NCBI GenBank assembly: GCA_028534125.1
Contig: CM052832.1
Location: 14,696,001-14,760,000 of the forward strand
DNA from: Lama glama
Taxonomy: Eukaryota
DNA length: 64,000 nucleotides
Reading direction: 5' to 3'
The translations under genes were made by a program, and so were the position numbers. The notes beneath the pieces were generated by a model. That model saw only the letters and a list, made by a program, of their open reading frames with translations. It searched no databases and was not told where the DNA came from. Positions 1 through 14,259 of this stretch are shown here, in pieces (positions within the stretch are counted from its first letter, which is position 1; every line of letters begins with the position of its first letter).

Positions 1-82
1 GCAAGTTCAATAAAATGAGATATGTCTGTAGTCCCAGTATAAAATTTTAATGGGAAAATTTGATAAAAAGAAGGGAAAAACG

Positions 83-297
83 CAATTGACCGTTTAACAA
101 CTTGGGGGTTGGGGTTCCAGCCCTCCATGCAGATGAAAATCTGTGTATAACTTATATTTGGCCCTCCATATCAGCAATTCCAAATCCATGGGTTCCAGCA
201 ATCTCTGATCGTGTAGTACTGTAGTATCTACTGTTAAAAAAATATCTGAGTGTTGTGGACCTGCACAACTCAACTTGTGTTGTTGAAGGGTCAACTG
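83..297. mobile_element. Tigger2-family (TcMar) MITE
   Basis: Terminal inverted repeats caattgaccgtttaacaac and gttgttgaagggtcaactg, the latter followed by TA. Confidence 0.75.
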
Positions 298-2648
298 TAT
301 TTTGGTCACTAGTGTATTCCATTCTACAAATATTTATTAAGCACCTTCTATAATACCATGCACTATTCTCAGCCTGGGAAATGCAAGCAGAGAGAATACA
401 AGGTATATATTTTCTTCTGTAGGGCAGGAGCAGTAAAATACAGTCAGCAAGTATCATGGTCACCTGTTAACTCATTTCACTGGTGGAGAACTGAAGGCCT
501 TGGCCTGGCTTTCTCCAGAAAAAATTCCTGTATCTGTTATTTCTCATGACCATACTTGAGAGGAGCACAGGGGGTATAGGGGCAGAGTTGGAGGTAGTCC
601 TTTTATGAGGGCCATGCTGCTCTAGCTTTCCCCCTCCAATAAGATGCTACTTCTTTGGCCCTAGGGCTTGACTAGAGTATAATAATTATAGGCTCCTGAT
701 GATAGAATTCCTTTAAACCTTAAGTTCACCCTTTATCCATTTCATTTTTGGGCATTCCCTTTGATAAATAACCAATGCCAATAATATTATAATTAGATTT
801 TAGTCTCTAAGATTGCCAAAGAGAATTGCTAGGCCTGGGTTAGGTCCCTTGGCTCTGCTTATCTTTCCAGATTAAAGGTCTCTACTCAGGACATGGATGG
901 ATAATTCTGGATTTAGAGATTTCTCAAATCTTCTGTGGGATGTCATCCCCTAAATTTCCCCTCTCCTCAGCTGTATTTCTTTGAGATATACTCTATAATG
1001 AGGGGGAGGGAACGGCAGTTTGGGGGACCCTTTGAGAAGTGTTTTGAAAGGGTCTGTTTTACAGTGTATTCATCAGGGCCTCAGTTTCTTAGTTATGCAG
1101 AGAATTCAGTTGTTGAAATTCAGCAAAGTCTCTAATTAATCTGACCATTACAGGTTTTAGATCTTTGGCGTTAGACAGAAAGTTATATTTATCTTGTGTG
1201 TCATATCTTCTCTCAGGAAGGCTAGATTGGATTGGGTTGTATTTTGCAGGTTGGATTGTCTTGCAGAACCTTACTGAAGTTTGCACAGTCTTCTGTGGGC
1301 AGTTTCCTTTATATTGTCCAGGCTCCTAAAGCTCCATCTGGCTTTTGAATGCATATGCAGTATAACCAGTTGCTTTGCTACATACGAGGATTACTACCTT
1401 TGTAAACTGAGAGGAAGGGGAGCCCATTTCTTCCTACCTCACCTTGACTTTGTTATTCATTGTGGGTTTTTACCTTTCACAATGTTTTAGTCTTGTATCA
1501 GTTAGGACTTTATTGGAGGTGGTGAATAGAACCCCTGTCTTAAACTAGCCTGATTAAAAATGAGAACTAATAATGATATCAGAATATCTTGGAACCTGAG
1601 TTAGCAGTTTGTCAGGCCTCTCTTTTTCTGGCTGCTTGGTTTGTGTTGTTCTTTCAACTGTCAAACATCTGTGTGCTTTTGCACATTCTCTCCCCCTATC
1701 TGAAATGCCCCTTTACTCCCCTTCTGTAGGTGGTTAACCAGTTCATCGAGGTACAGTTCTGTTGTTACCTGGTTGATGAAGCTTTCCCTGAATTCCTCAG
1801 TTTGAGTTAGGCATTTTCTCTTCTGTACTTTTATAATTCTTGGTCATATTTCTTCTCTGACATTTACTGCATTGAATTGTGATTACTGAGTTTCAATTGA
1901 ATCTTTCTTAATAGATTGTTCTTTGGTAGCAAAGACTTTGTCATACTTATCTTTACATTTCTAGTACCTGGAGTCATGAGTGAGTGAAAACTTAAATAGA
2001 AGAAATATAAAAGAAAACTATTATACTTGTTGATTAACAGATAGGGAAAAAGTTTTTGTGTTTGTAATTAGTTTGACTGATTCTTACATAAGTATTGTTG
2101 ATTCCTTCATTCCTAGAAACTGTTTGGTGGGAATAGGAAATATTTTTTAGGGTGATCAGGACAAAAGCATACCATACTTGAGTTATGGTGTGGTACAGTG
2201 CATGTCTCAACTTGTTCACCCACTCGATTTCCCATATCTGAGCTTTGTTGATTATTGCACCTGCCATGCAAGTGTCACCAAGGGCTAGCTAGGATCACAA
2301 ATAGGGCAGAATCCCACTCAAACCCAAGAGTTTGTCCAACTTTGTCTCTTAAAAATGTTTGATCTTATCACCTGGTGCTGGTACAACTAGGTAACCACAG
2401 GCAAAAAAAAGAAAAAGAGATCTCTACTTGACTCCTTATACAAGAATTAACTGGTGGATCAATGACCTAAGAATAAAAGCTAAACAATGAAACTGTTAGA
2501 AGAAACATAGGGATAAATCTTCATGCCCTTGGATTTGGTGTTCAGTTCTTAGATTTGACATCAAAGTCACGAGTGACAAATGAAAAACTAGATAAATTAG
2601 ATTTCAACAAAATTAAAAACTTTTGTGCATCAAAAGACGTAATCAAGA

Positions 2649-2735
2649 GGGAGTGTATAGCTCAGTGGTAGACCTTGTGCTTAGCATGCACAAGGTCCTG
2701 GTTCAATACCTAGTACCTCCATTAAAGAAAAAAAA
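2649..2735 (+). mobile_element. tRNA-Ala-derived SINE (camelid vic-1-like), nested in L1
   Basis: gggagtgtatagctcagtggtaga...cttagcatgcacaaggtcctggttcaat...acctccattaaag plus A tail; imperfect TSD aaaagac(gta)atcaaga. Confidence 0.85.
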
Positions 2736-3388
2736 GACATCAAGAAAATGAAAAGACAGTCCACATAATGGGAGAAAATATTTGTAAATCATATGTCTGA
2801 TAAGGATTTGGTATCCAGAATATATAAGGAACTCTTACAACTAAACAACAGGAAGATAAGCAACCCGGTCAAAAAAATGCACAAAGGATTTGAATAGACA
2901 TGTCTCCAAAGAGGATATACAAATAGCCAACAAATATATGAAAAGTTAGGATCATTGGTCATCAAGGAAATGAAAATCAAAACCACAGTCAGATGCCACT
3001 TCAAAAAAGAAAAGTGTTGGCAAAGATGTGGAGAAATAGGACCATTTGCCTCGTACATTATTGATGGAAATGTCAAATGGTTCAGCTGTGGAAAATAGTT
3101 TGATGGTTTTTCAAAAAGTTAAATATAGAATTACATGTGACACTGAAGAACTACTACTAGGTATATATCTAAGGAAATGAACACATATTCCCACACAGAC
3201 ATTTGCATATGAATTTTTATTATAGCATTTGGAGTCAAAAGGTAGAAACAACTCAAAGGCCATAAGCAGATTAGTGGATAGACAAAATGTGATATGTACA
3301 TGTAATGGATTATTATTTAGCCACTAAGAGGAATGAAATACTGATCAACATGCTACCATTTGGGATGAATCTCAGAAAGTTAAGTGGA

Positions 3389-3596
3389 TTCGCAGATACT
3401 GACTGGTATATATAAAATAGATAAACAAGTTTATACTGTATAGCACTGGGAAATATATTCAATATCTTCTAGTAGCTTATGGTGAAAAAGAATATGAAAA
3501 TGAATATATGTACATTCATGTATGACTGAAGAATTGTGCTGTACCCCAGAAATTGACACAACATTGTAAACTGACTATACCTCAGTTAAAAAAAAA
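3389..3596 (+). mobile_element. Younger artiodactyl/camelid L1 3' end (5'-truncated), nested in older L1
   Basis: Ends acaacattgtaaactgactatacctcagtt plus poly(A); short TSD AAGTGGA at 3382-3388 and 3597-3603. Confidence 0.8.
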
Positions 3597-6499
3597 AAGT
3601 GGAAGAAGCCAGATGCAGAAGGTTGCATATTGTTATGATTCCTTTTATATAAACTATGCAGAATAGGCAAATTCACAGACACAAAGAGCATATTAGTGGC
3701 TGTCAGGGGATACGGGGTGGGGGAAGGAAGAATGAGGAAAGATTACTTAATGTATACGGGGTGTTCTTTAATGGGTATGAGGTGATTTAAAAGTTTAGAA
3801 AGTAGAAAGAAGTGGTAGAGAGTCTCAGTTGTTTTAAAAAAGGAAAAATAGTTTAGTCCTGACACATTAGCCAGAGACATTTAGAAATAAAACTCTGCAG
3901 TATCAGTGTTGAATTGCTTTATCCTCAGAACCTGCACACCACCCCCAAGAATAATAACCACCATAAACAATAAGCCAATTGTATTTTCTCAGATGACAAT
4001 ACCCAATGTAAGATGGCTCTGGGGTTGCCTAATTTAGGGATTCAACTATATCATCAAGGACACAGCTATGATTTCTCTTTTTCTAATCTAGCATCCTCAA
4101 CTATTAGCCTCATCCTCTTTAGGTCTCCTGAGTTTCCTTCATGTTCCCCAGATGGCTGCAGTCATTCAAATGCACCAAATTTTTTAATATCTTCCGGGGT
4201 GGGAAAAAAAAAGATACCTTTTCTTTTTTCTGTTCTCTTTGTTTTTAATTTACTTTTTTATTATAAACTTTTCAAACCTACAGAAAACTTTAAAGAATCA
4301 GAATATATACCCTTCTCCTTATCACCTATTTCAACAACAGTGGTTAACATTTTTGCTGTAATTTCTCTATATAAATTTTTTTTGAATTATTTGTAAGTTG
4401 TAGACATCATGACCCTTCATCCTTAAATATTTCTGCATGCTTCTCTTAAAATGAGGACATTCTCTTACATAACCACATAATAAGATAATTTACAAAAATT
4501 CTCTACTGCTAAAAATTTTTTAAATTTCCTCTGTTGCCCCCAAATGTATCATTTATAACCTTTCTTGGTTGTTGTTCTTTTATAGAATCAGAACCCAATC
4601 AAGGCCCATATATTGCATTTGATTGTTACTCTCTTTAAATGTAGAACAGTGCCACTGCCTTGGTTTTTCATGGCAGAATGCTAGTTTTTTACTTTCTGTT
4701 TGGGAAAACTGTGTCTACTGATGTTAGTTAGAAGGACCAGTTCTAAAAAGTGATAAAACTAATAGATCAATAAATAGCCAGGAAAAGAAGAGAGAAGAAA
4801 CAGTCTTGGACTTGCTGGGGCTCTAAGAAGTAGGTAAATGCTGATATGAATTTTGTTGCCCCTCTCAATGAAATCTTTCACAAGTTTCTTTCTTTTTAAG
4901 GCTTACTGTCTTCACATACTAAATAGTATCATCTATGAGTTAATTTTTGGTTTGAAAATCTTCTTTGGCCCAACTTCTGTTCCGTACCTGCGTTCATCTT
5001 TGTTTTAATGAAATTCTTTGTTTCTTCCTAGGCCTTAAAATTCACAGTAGTCACAAGTATGTATTTTTTGACCCCGGTTTTCGGTCTTCCAAGTTAGATA
5101 GATGCCTGTTGAATTGATGTTGGAAAGCCCTAGTAAGAACCTCTGTCTAAAACAGATCTTTTTTCTAGTCAGGTTTTTTCAGTCATTTAAAGGTAGTAAG
5201 ATCTTCCTGATTCCTGGATGGGTTAGTGCCTTAGTAGCAGTATCCTTGACATTCCATGGGTGAGGGAAACTTCTTCAAATTTGGAATAAGTATCGCTTGA
5301 AGCCTGAAGATGCTCTTGTTTGTGTTTAAGTGGATCGATTCATAATTCTGATTTCCTTTTTTATGTCCAAATAAGATGAATAGTTGTTTTTTTCCCTTAT
5401 AAATCATTTGGATCCTTTTGAGTTTCTTCCTTGTTCAGAGAATGGAAATGAGAAGGTATCTAATTTTATTTTGCTGAGAATCTGAGCTAATACTCAGACT
5501 TCTAGTATTCCCTCTTCAATTCTGATTTCCTGGTTTCCTTAACTATTTTCTACCCCCATATTTTTGGAATAATGTTCCTGACTGTATATTCTGTACATAA
5601 ATGATTTTTCTTCATAAGACCATTAATCTGACTTATGTTTGTATACATAGTACAAAAATAAATGTTCTCTGTGAATATATGCAATATCAGGTATTTGACC
5701 ATTTTCAAGAATTCAGCTTAATGAGTAGTTACAACTAATTCATTTATAGAATTCATAGTGGTAATTAATATGTTCTTAAGAAAATTAGGTGTTCAGAATG
5801 TTAGTAGATAATTGGAAAATTCTGGGTAAATTAAAAGTTTTATGCCTTTAAATAGATGTGGCTCTGAGTTCTACTAATAATTGACTTTCTGGCCTGGGGC
5901 AAGTCATTTACCTGTCAGTGCACCTCTGGCCTCATCTATAAAATGAAGGTTGGACAGTATTGCTTATGAGTTACAAAATTGCATTTCATCAAGAAACACA
6001 TATCAACATCACCAAACTCTCCTACTCTATATCAGGTTAACCTGATTATCAGTGTAGTTGAACTATGTTGTGTACCAGTCCCGTTTTTTTTACCCTACGT
6101 TAGAAAAGCTGCCTTAGACTGATAAGCCTCAGTGTGAGAGATAGTTGGAGTTACCCTTGTTTGAAAGTTTCCCTGGTTTGATGGGCTGAAAGTTTATAAA
6201 AACGGATAGGGCCCTTTTCTGTTTTGCTGTCCATTCTATAACTAGTCCAAGATTGAGTGCCTAGCATATGGATAAATGTTCATTAATTAAATATTTGTTG
6301 CATGAATGACTGCCACCCTAGGGCATTACAAACATTGCCTCATGCAGTCTTCACAGCTAGGCTTATAACACCAACTTTGTAATATAAAATATAAGCCAAC
6401 CTTATAGCAGAAAACCTCAGCACGTGGATAAACTGACACAGATGCTTAGCTGCTTGTTCATAGCCCCACAGCCAGGTGTAGGAGCTGCCTCTAAACAAA

Positions 6500-6595
6500 G
6501 CCATTTGAAAGTTCACCATTTTAACCATTTTAAAGTATATAGTTCTGTGGCATAAAGTATATTCACAATGTTGTATAACCGTCACCATCATTTAT
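6500..6595 (-). mobile_element. L1MB-like 3' end fragment
   Basis: ttcaccattttaaccattttaaagtatatagttctgtggcataaagtatattcacaatgttgtataacc. Confidence 0.65.
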
Positions 6596-8384
6596 TTTAG
6601 ACTCTGCCTTTTCCCTCCCTGTTACACTGTCTCCTTTGTTCTTTAGGGTGTTTTAATCATCTGAAATTGCAGTAAAGACTTTTCCTGAGCAAAAATACTT
6701 AAGGAACCTGGAAGTTTAAACTTTTACGCTGGACTGAGTACTAAGTTTGTGTTCTCCCTTTTCTATGTCCTCAGCCAATTCTGTTTCATGTAGAATTTCT
6801 TATTGGCTAATAATAGTTGAGTATTATGTTGTTTTGAATGGGAATACATGCTATCATGTCTACTTGTTCTCACAGTGAATTAGAGCTGTTTAGTCTATTG
6901 CTACTGTTTCTTAGCCAGTGAGGCTGTGATCTAAATGGTCCTAGTGCTGAGGAGCTGTGTACCCACATTTTGAGCTGTGTGCCTGCCTGAGTGGTTTAGA
7001 CTACCACCCGGCTATCATCCACACTCTGCCTTGTACTTGGAGAAACGAATATGCTTTGTCATCCTTCACTCCTGCTTCCTTCCAGAAGTCTGGTTCACTA
7101 CTTTCAGTTTCACTTTAGGCTTGAAAAATGTTTCTTAATCTTCCTCTGGCTGAATTTCGTGTATAATACAGGTACAAGTAAGCAGTTTTGTTGGTTTGGC
7201 TGTTGGAAGAGTTGAAATGTGTGAAAGGAGATTTTAGGAGGGGGATGGATCTGCCTAAGTAGGGTTGCTGGACTTTTCCATTTGTTAGTGTTTGTACAGA
7301 CAGAAGTCCTGTCTGATATCAGGCAGAGCCAACTGGTGAAATATGACACAGGCTGAGGGTGAGAATTGGCATTTGTCCCGAGTGCACAAATAGTTTCTTC
7401 CCTCTCAAGCGTATTTTACAGCCAAGTGAACAGAAGACAATTCAGCAGGCTATTTGCTGGAGATCTTTGTCAAAAAAATGATCTTTTCAAAAAGGTGGAC
7501 ACTTGGCTTTTACAAAAAGTGTTCAGAAGAACAAAACGCAAACTAGACTTACTTTTCTCTCCCTCATTTTATCCCTGATCTCTAAGGGTAAGGCTGATTC
7601 CAGATGTACTCCGAAGCCTGTTTATGGGTGGTACAGGATGGGCCTCCCCAAAGTTTGACCAGTCACATATTCTTCACTTTGGATCACAGTCAGCTAGATA
7701 AGGAAGTTGTTGGAAAGACTAAAGTCCAAACCTTCCTATTGAGTGGTCAAGCAAACAGGCACAGTTTGGACCCTGGCCCAGCTCAGCTCCATGTAAGTTT
7801 TATCCAGCACACACACGACAGGCCGGCAGTTGGTGGTGGCATAATTCCACTCATTACTGGCTAATACTACAGGCTGCCATTGCGTGAGGCTTGACCTGAG
7901 GTAGCTGCTCTAAATATAGCTTTCCTTTCTGGCAGCTGCAAACACCTGGAAGAACAGGCAGGCCCCCAGCAGAAAGTATTTTCTGTTAATAGCATGTCTG
8001 TTGAACAGTTGTGTACTGTCAGAGGGTATTTCATGCTATGTTTACGCATAATTAAAAACAACCCACTGAATCCAGTGGTTTATGGTTGGGTTATGTTTAG
8101 AAAAATGTAATTTGTGTTGTTGTCTACTGTGGGGACTAGGCATGATGTCACGAGTTTGAGGAAGACCGTAAGAGAAGCAGTTAATGTAATTACCAGCAGT
8201 TTCTTTGATCTCTGTAATGAACACAGCTTACTTAAACCCCTTAGTGGCCTTTGGTTTCTGGCACTGCTGAACCAAGCTGTCAATCGTGATTCTGTTCAGT
8301 TGGAACTTTGGTTTGTGTGCTTGGTAGTTCCTTCTGACATAAAGGAGTTTATAAATAATTAGAAAGAACACCAACATTTACAAA

Positions 8385-8990
8385 ATGATACTTCGAAGAA
8401 GAAACTACAATGGCTTATAAACATGTAAAAGATATTTAAACTCTCTGGTAAAAAGAGAAAACCATTTTAAGACCCCACTGAGATCTTATTTTTTATCAGA
8501 TAAGCCAAAATCCAAAATGTTGGACAAACACTGTTGATGAGTAAGTGGGGTAGTAGACCCTCTTGTACATCCTTGGTGGGAATATTTATTGAGTATATAA
8601 CTTTTTTATTGAGGGAAGTTTAGGTATATCTGATAGAGCCATAAATATATGCCCTTTGACCCAGCAGTATCACTTGTAGGGATTTATCCTACAGATGCGC
8701 TTGTACGTATAACTGTATGTGCTTAAGCTTATATATGGAAGAATTAAAGATTGGAAATAAACTAAAAGTAGACTGATTACATAAATAATGATGTATCTAT
8801 ACAGTGGATACAGCTGTAAAAACAGGATACTCACTGTGTACTGACTTAGGAGGGAATAAAGCAAAGGGCAGTGTATAATATGCTACTGGTTGTATAGGAA
8901 GGGGGGAAATAACAATATATATCATTTGCTTGTATGTGCATAAGGAAGTTCTGAAAGGATATTTAAGAAAGTAATGTGAATGAATGATTC
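8385..8990 (+). mobile_element. Old L1ME-like 3' region
   Basis: Degenerate L1 motifs such as atatatgccctttgacccagcagtatcacttgtagggatttatcctacaga. Confidence 0.65.
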
Positions 8991-9455
8991 CCTGTGTGTA
9001 TGTAGGAAAGAACAGATAAGATGGCTATTTTTTACTGCATGAAACTTGGTAACCATATGCAGGCACTGCTTTTTAAAAAAATTAATTAGAATGTTTTAAA
9101 AAATGGAGCCTCTTTGAATTTTAGTCAGAGGAGCTCCTTTTTTATTGACTTCCTTAAGCAAACTTGCTATCCTTGTGGGTAAGAGGGAGATTTCCTTACG
9201 TTGTTGCTGATGGTGCTAATGTTTATTACTTGCTATGTGGGTACCTTGGGAAGAAAATAATGCACAAGTTTATTGATACTGGTGTTTTTCCTGTTGTTCC
9301 TCAGCCAGAATCAGTAACTCTGAAGATTTACATACCAGGAGCCTTCTATTTACAGGTTCTGTAACACACCCTAAGAAACAGTCTCTTTCCTTTTGTTTGA
9401 CAGGATAATGTGCTCTGGAGAGGACTGAAGTCTTTTTCTTTTTCTTTTTTTGTAG

Positions 9456-9610
9456 GAACCTACAAGCAGCAATTGGCGCCTATTATGACTTTGAGAGCCC
9501 AAACATCAGTGTGCCCTCTATGTCCTTTGTTGAAGATGTCACCATAGGAGAAGGAGAGTCAATACCTCCTGATACTCAGTTTATAAAAACATGGCGGATC
9601 CAGAATTCTG
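9456..9610 (+). CDS. ILRUN: ILRUN (C6orf106) coding exon 2, 155 bp; end of UBA-like domain and start of NBR1-like FW domain
   Basis: Polypyrimidine tract plus tgtag acceptor (9451-9455) and G|gtaatg donor. Translates (W)NLQAAIGAYYDFESPNISVPSMSFVEDVTIGEGESIPPDTQFIKTWRIQNS(G), recognised as ILRUN. Confidence 0.97.
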
Positions 9611-12600
9611 GTAATGTATAATAAGCAATCTTTCTTGCTCCGTTTTCCGTTCCTTGGCAGTTAAAAAAAATAAGAAAGTGTTTTAGTTTGAAGTACGTGA
9701 TTGTATAACTGAGCTTTTTCCTATACGTGATGTAGCATTTTCTTACACTAGCGTGATGACCCAAATATCAATGAAATAATCTATCCCATAGGTTAGGAGG
9801 TATTTGGGTCTTGATGACATTTAAACACAATTCAATATTCTTTTGAAACTGGGAGCCAGGTCTGTGTGTTGTGGTGGTGGTGTCTCCACCTGTACATTTT
9901 TATTCCATCATTTTATTTCTGCTCTAATTAATTTTGCAGTTATTTCCAGTAGGCTAGAGGAAGTACATCCTTGAATAAAACAAGGTAGTTAGAACTGTGA
10001 GCATCTGCTCTGTTGAGAGCTCATTTCTTTGCAACCACAAGGATGACTATCTGAAATTTTCATTGAGCTATCTATTTCAGATGTTAACACCATTTTGAAA
10101 AATAGGGTAAGAAGTGTAGTGATTTGCCCAGAATGGAAAAGATGGAAAGATTGAGAAATTGTTTTTTTTAAAGCATTCTTTTGATATACTGCTGACTTTA
10201 AGAAAAATTTAACATAAATTAACTGTAGTTCTTTGAAAATAATATCTGAATATGTATCTAGTAACTGTTGTTACTTTTTTAACTTGATAAAGTCTTTTCT
10301 AATAACTTTTTAAATTTGAATGAGTTTAGTATTTCTTGTCCTATCTAATAACAGTTTATGCTGACTAGGTGAGGATGCTTTAAACTACTTATTAATGAGG
10401 ACTTACAAAGAAATTCTAAGAGATAGGAAACTAGGTAAAAGGAGTATTTAGCTAAAAATTTGTGGGAGTTGGGGAACCCTGTCTATCAAGGTAATCTGAT
10501 ATGAGATGATACAAAACTCTGGGGACTCAAACCTACTAACGTACCCTTTATTTGCTTTTCAGTTCTTTATACTTCAGTTCTTTTATAATGGGGAAAGACT
10601 GTCTAAATTAGCCTTTTATATATAATTAACATACCAAATTGTTATGCTTGGTTTTTCTGGCTTATTTGGAAGTAACTAGCTTGGATGGAGGTTTGGTGTG
10701 TCACTGATCAAATATACATAATCTGGATTGACCCAGTGTTGTAGATGACTGGGGACATCAGTGGCTTTGTAAATTTTCATTAGCTTCTTTTCTTTTTTGG
10801 TTATAACAATGTGGTGCATTGTTAGTTTGAGAGGCACATGGTAATATGGGAAAACATTTTCGATTTTTTGTGAAATTCTTTTTCAGAGTTTGATTATCTT
10901 TACTTTGCCTAATTTCTCATCTTTCTTAATGTTGCCTGCTTTTAAAAATATTCTTTAAAAAAATCTCTTTAGGTCAGTTTATATTCATTATGTTTCTTCT
11001 CTGAATTACTAAAATCTGTATTATTGATCAAAAATGCTTTTGAATCCAAGACATGAATTTTTAAAATGAGTAATGTTTGTTTAGAAAGTATAATTCGTTA
11101 AAATTTTTGTTTATTTAAAAAAATTAACACAAGACCATGTTTACTTAATAATGAAAACCCTGGAGATGTTCTGGCTTTCCATGAGTTCATTATAGTGGTT
11201 TTAAATATTAAAAGTTCTTAGAATACTGTTGAAATGTTTTACATTTCTGGTTCCAGAATAACCATTTTATATTTCAGAAAGCCTCTTAATGTATCTACTC
11301 ACTCACTACACATTTCTTTGGGTTATTGGGAGATTGGTTAATGGGGATTGATGTAAAATGAATAGAATGTCAAATTAGAACCCCAAAGAGCTTGCCTTTC
11401 TCCTTGACTTGGAGAAAATCTGTTTTGTTGGGGCTGGCTGCTTTTTCCTCCTCCCTTTGCACAGTAACTCCAGTTTAAAACAACCTCTGGATCTGCAGCC
11501 TTTCTTCTTATAAAAGGACATTTTTGTTCCTGTACACCTCTTGAAAAGTTGGGCAACAGTTGCTAGAGATTTTACCTTTCAGGGTACTTTTAACAAATAG
11601 GTTCTTTTTCTTCTGAAAGTGTTCCATCAGTTGTAAAACAGTTTTGTATCTGTAAACTAAATGCTCTCCATTTGATTAAAGAGAAATTGGCCTTCCATAA
11701 CTAAGTGACATACATTACTAGAGAGAGAGGGAAAGCACGCACATGCACTGGTTCTGCAGCATCATCCTGATCTGGCCTGAGTTCTTTCTGGTAATAGAGT
11801 AGAAACACAGAGCTAGGGTAGACCTTAGCTCTTTCTCCTCTGGCTTTCTTACTGTCATTCATGACCTTCTCTAAGAGATAGTGCTCACCAAAAGAGTTTC
11901 ATGAATAATTTTCATGGGGCCTCTCTGTTGTCATGTTTTAGGCATACCAGGCATTTAGATTTACAATGGTGAGATTGATAGGAACTGCATATAGCTGTCC
12001 CAGCAGCTTCCCCAAAGAAGATAAATGTCACACATTGTTTAAAATTGAACGCCTAATATTGTTGTAGGTCCTTAGAATCAGACCATAGAAAAAACAGAAG
12101 TAAGATATTTAATGACATAAATACAGAATTCCAGAATCCAAACTTTTGGCACTATATAAGTTTTAGAAGTTTGGGAAACTTGAGCAGGAATCCTTACAAC
12201 TGGAGTTTAAAATGAAAAATTGAAACCGTCCCTCTGAAGATGAAAGTACCAACACTTACAGCTTCTCAGTTGTTACAACCATGCTTTGTTGTCCAGCTGT
12301 ATGCAGTGAATGTTAAACTAAGCGTATTATAACTGGTGTTTCTCTGACTTTAAGGAAGTAGTTGTGATTGTCATATGAGAGAGTGGCTTCAGAGTCATCT
12401 TTATTTTCTGAACCGTATAGAAGTCAATATAAACAAGAATTGGGGATAAAAGATTTGAGAAAGAACAGCCATTCCCTCCATTTTTCTTTTGGCTCCTTAA
12501 AATAGTTAAGTTTCTACCTTTCTTTTCAGTATAACTGTAGAGAAGATAATTCAGCTTCATTCATTCAACAAATTTTATTATGTTCCAGTTATTTTATCAG

Positions 12601-14128
12601 AAGAAAATGGTGACAAGATCAATGACAGTCCGTGTTTGCATTTAGCTTTATTTGAAATGCAGTCTCCAGACTTATAGGGGCTAAAAAGAGTATCTTCTTT
12701 GAGGCTTGTTGTCTGTATTGCTCTTTGAATGTTCCTTATTGTCTCCAAACTATTTCTGTAATCTTTTACACCCAGGCTTTCTGGAACTGATGGACTTTTA
12801 TTTCATTTTGCTATGCTCTCTATCATCTCAGAATTGCCACCCAACAGGTTCTTTTGTTTTGTTTTGTTTTGACTTTTAAAAAAATAAAATTATATTCCAT
12901 GATAACTGGAGAATCAAAGCCTTAGTCATATGTGTGCTTGAGATACTTACCTTGGAAAGTCATAGAACACACATTAGTCTTTCTTCTAGATATATATCTC
13001 CCTCATTAAGCCAGTTTGTAACAGACTTAATTTGAAACCCTGTTGTATGTTATACTTCTCAAATCCAGATTTTTCAGGTTTGCTTAGTGTGGTAGACCAA
13101 ACATTCTCATCAGTATTTCCCTTCCTTCTGTATTGAGTCAGTGTCATTGATCTTCTCAGAGATGCCTGAGCTGACAATTGGAGCTGTAAGAACTATATGT
13201 TATAGCGAACTGTTGGTAATTCTCAGAAGGCAGATGATTGGTTCTTCATTTTATAGCAAATTAATACTTTCGAGTTGATGGTGCATAACTTTTCTACTTC
13301 TTTCTTTAAAAGATTCTCCAAGTACCACATCAGTAGGGTCTGACATACTAAAAAGATCAGGACCGTAGCTGCATAATTGTTAATCATTTAATGATTTACC
13401 AACTCAGTCTCCTGAGAATATAGCAGTACTCCCTCTTTTGCATTGGTGAGAGATCCAACTGTCTCAGCTGCTTGTGGTTGTCTGCCCAGGACAGCCAAGT
13501 ATTTCCCATACTCAAGACAGTTTTGGTTTTCCATGTTTCCTTAAAAGTTCAAAAACAGACATTCTTGGGTTTTCATATAAATGGATATTGTCTTGTTACA
13601 GATGTATGTGTATATGTTTTAAAGATAATTGTGAATTCAGCTCTATAACAGTAGTTTAATTTTCCTTTTGGATCTTAGTCTTTAAAGACTGATGTTTTCT
13701 AAGGTGCTTCATGTCGGCTGGTACTGTTCTTGACCTAAGACAAATGATGCTTTTGCCAGGCCACAGGCCCCAGAAATGAAAAACAGAATTTGCCTGTATT
13801 GCTAGTATATCATCCACAAACTTTCCACCAGCAGCAGTTGAATTTTATAGTGTTAACTTAAGAGGGCACTTTTAGTGACCACTGCTTCATCTGCTACCCC
13901 TAAGATCCAGGAGGCACAGAAGATGCTGTTCATTATGGGGCTGAGATCTCAGCAGTAGAGCATTGGTTGCTTTTCTCTCTGGTTCTCTTTTCAGTAGTAA
14001 GCCATCGAGTGTATCAAAACCAGCTGGTACTTCGAGAATAAGGTGCTGAAGTATCCTTGAGTACTGTTAGAAGTTTCAAGCATGCTGTGTCCTGAGAGTC
14101 CTGCTGTATCCAGCTTTTCATAGTGATT

Positions 14129-14259
14129 TATTATTTTTTATTTTTTGTTGAGGGGGTAATTAGGTTTACTTACTTATTTTAGAGGAGGTACTGGGGATTG
14201 AACCCAGGACCTTGTGTATGCTAAGCACGTGCTCTACCACTTGAGCTATACCCTCCCCC
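14129..14259 (-). mobile_element. tRNA-Ala-derived SINE (vic-1-like, long-tail type)
   Basis: Reverse complement reads ggggagggtatagctcaagtggtagagcacgtgcttagcatacacaaggtcctgggttcaatccccagtacctcc plus tail; TSD TCATAGTGATT at 14118-14128 and 14260-14270. Confidence 0.9.

Larger units (their letters stand above)
2365..3820 (+). mobile_element. Old L1 (L1MB-like) ORF2 3' end and 3' UTR, with two nested younger insertions
   Basis: L1 motifs such as aattaaaaacttttgtgcatcaaaagac, tgggagaaaatatttgtaaatcatatgtctgataagg and gaataggcaaattcacagacaca. Confidence 0.85.
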
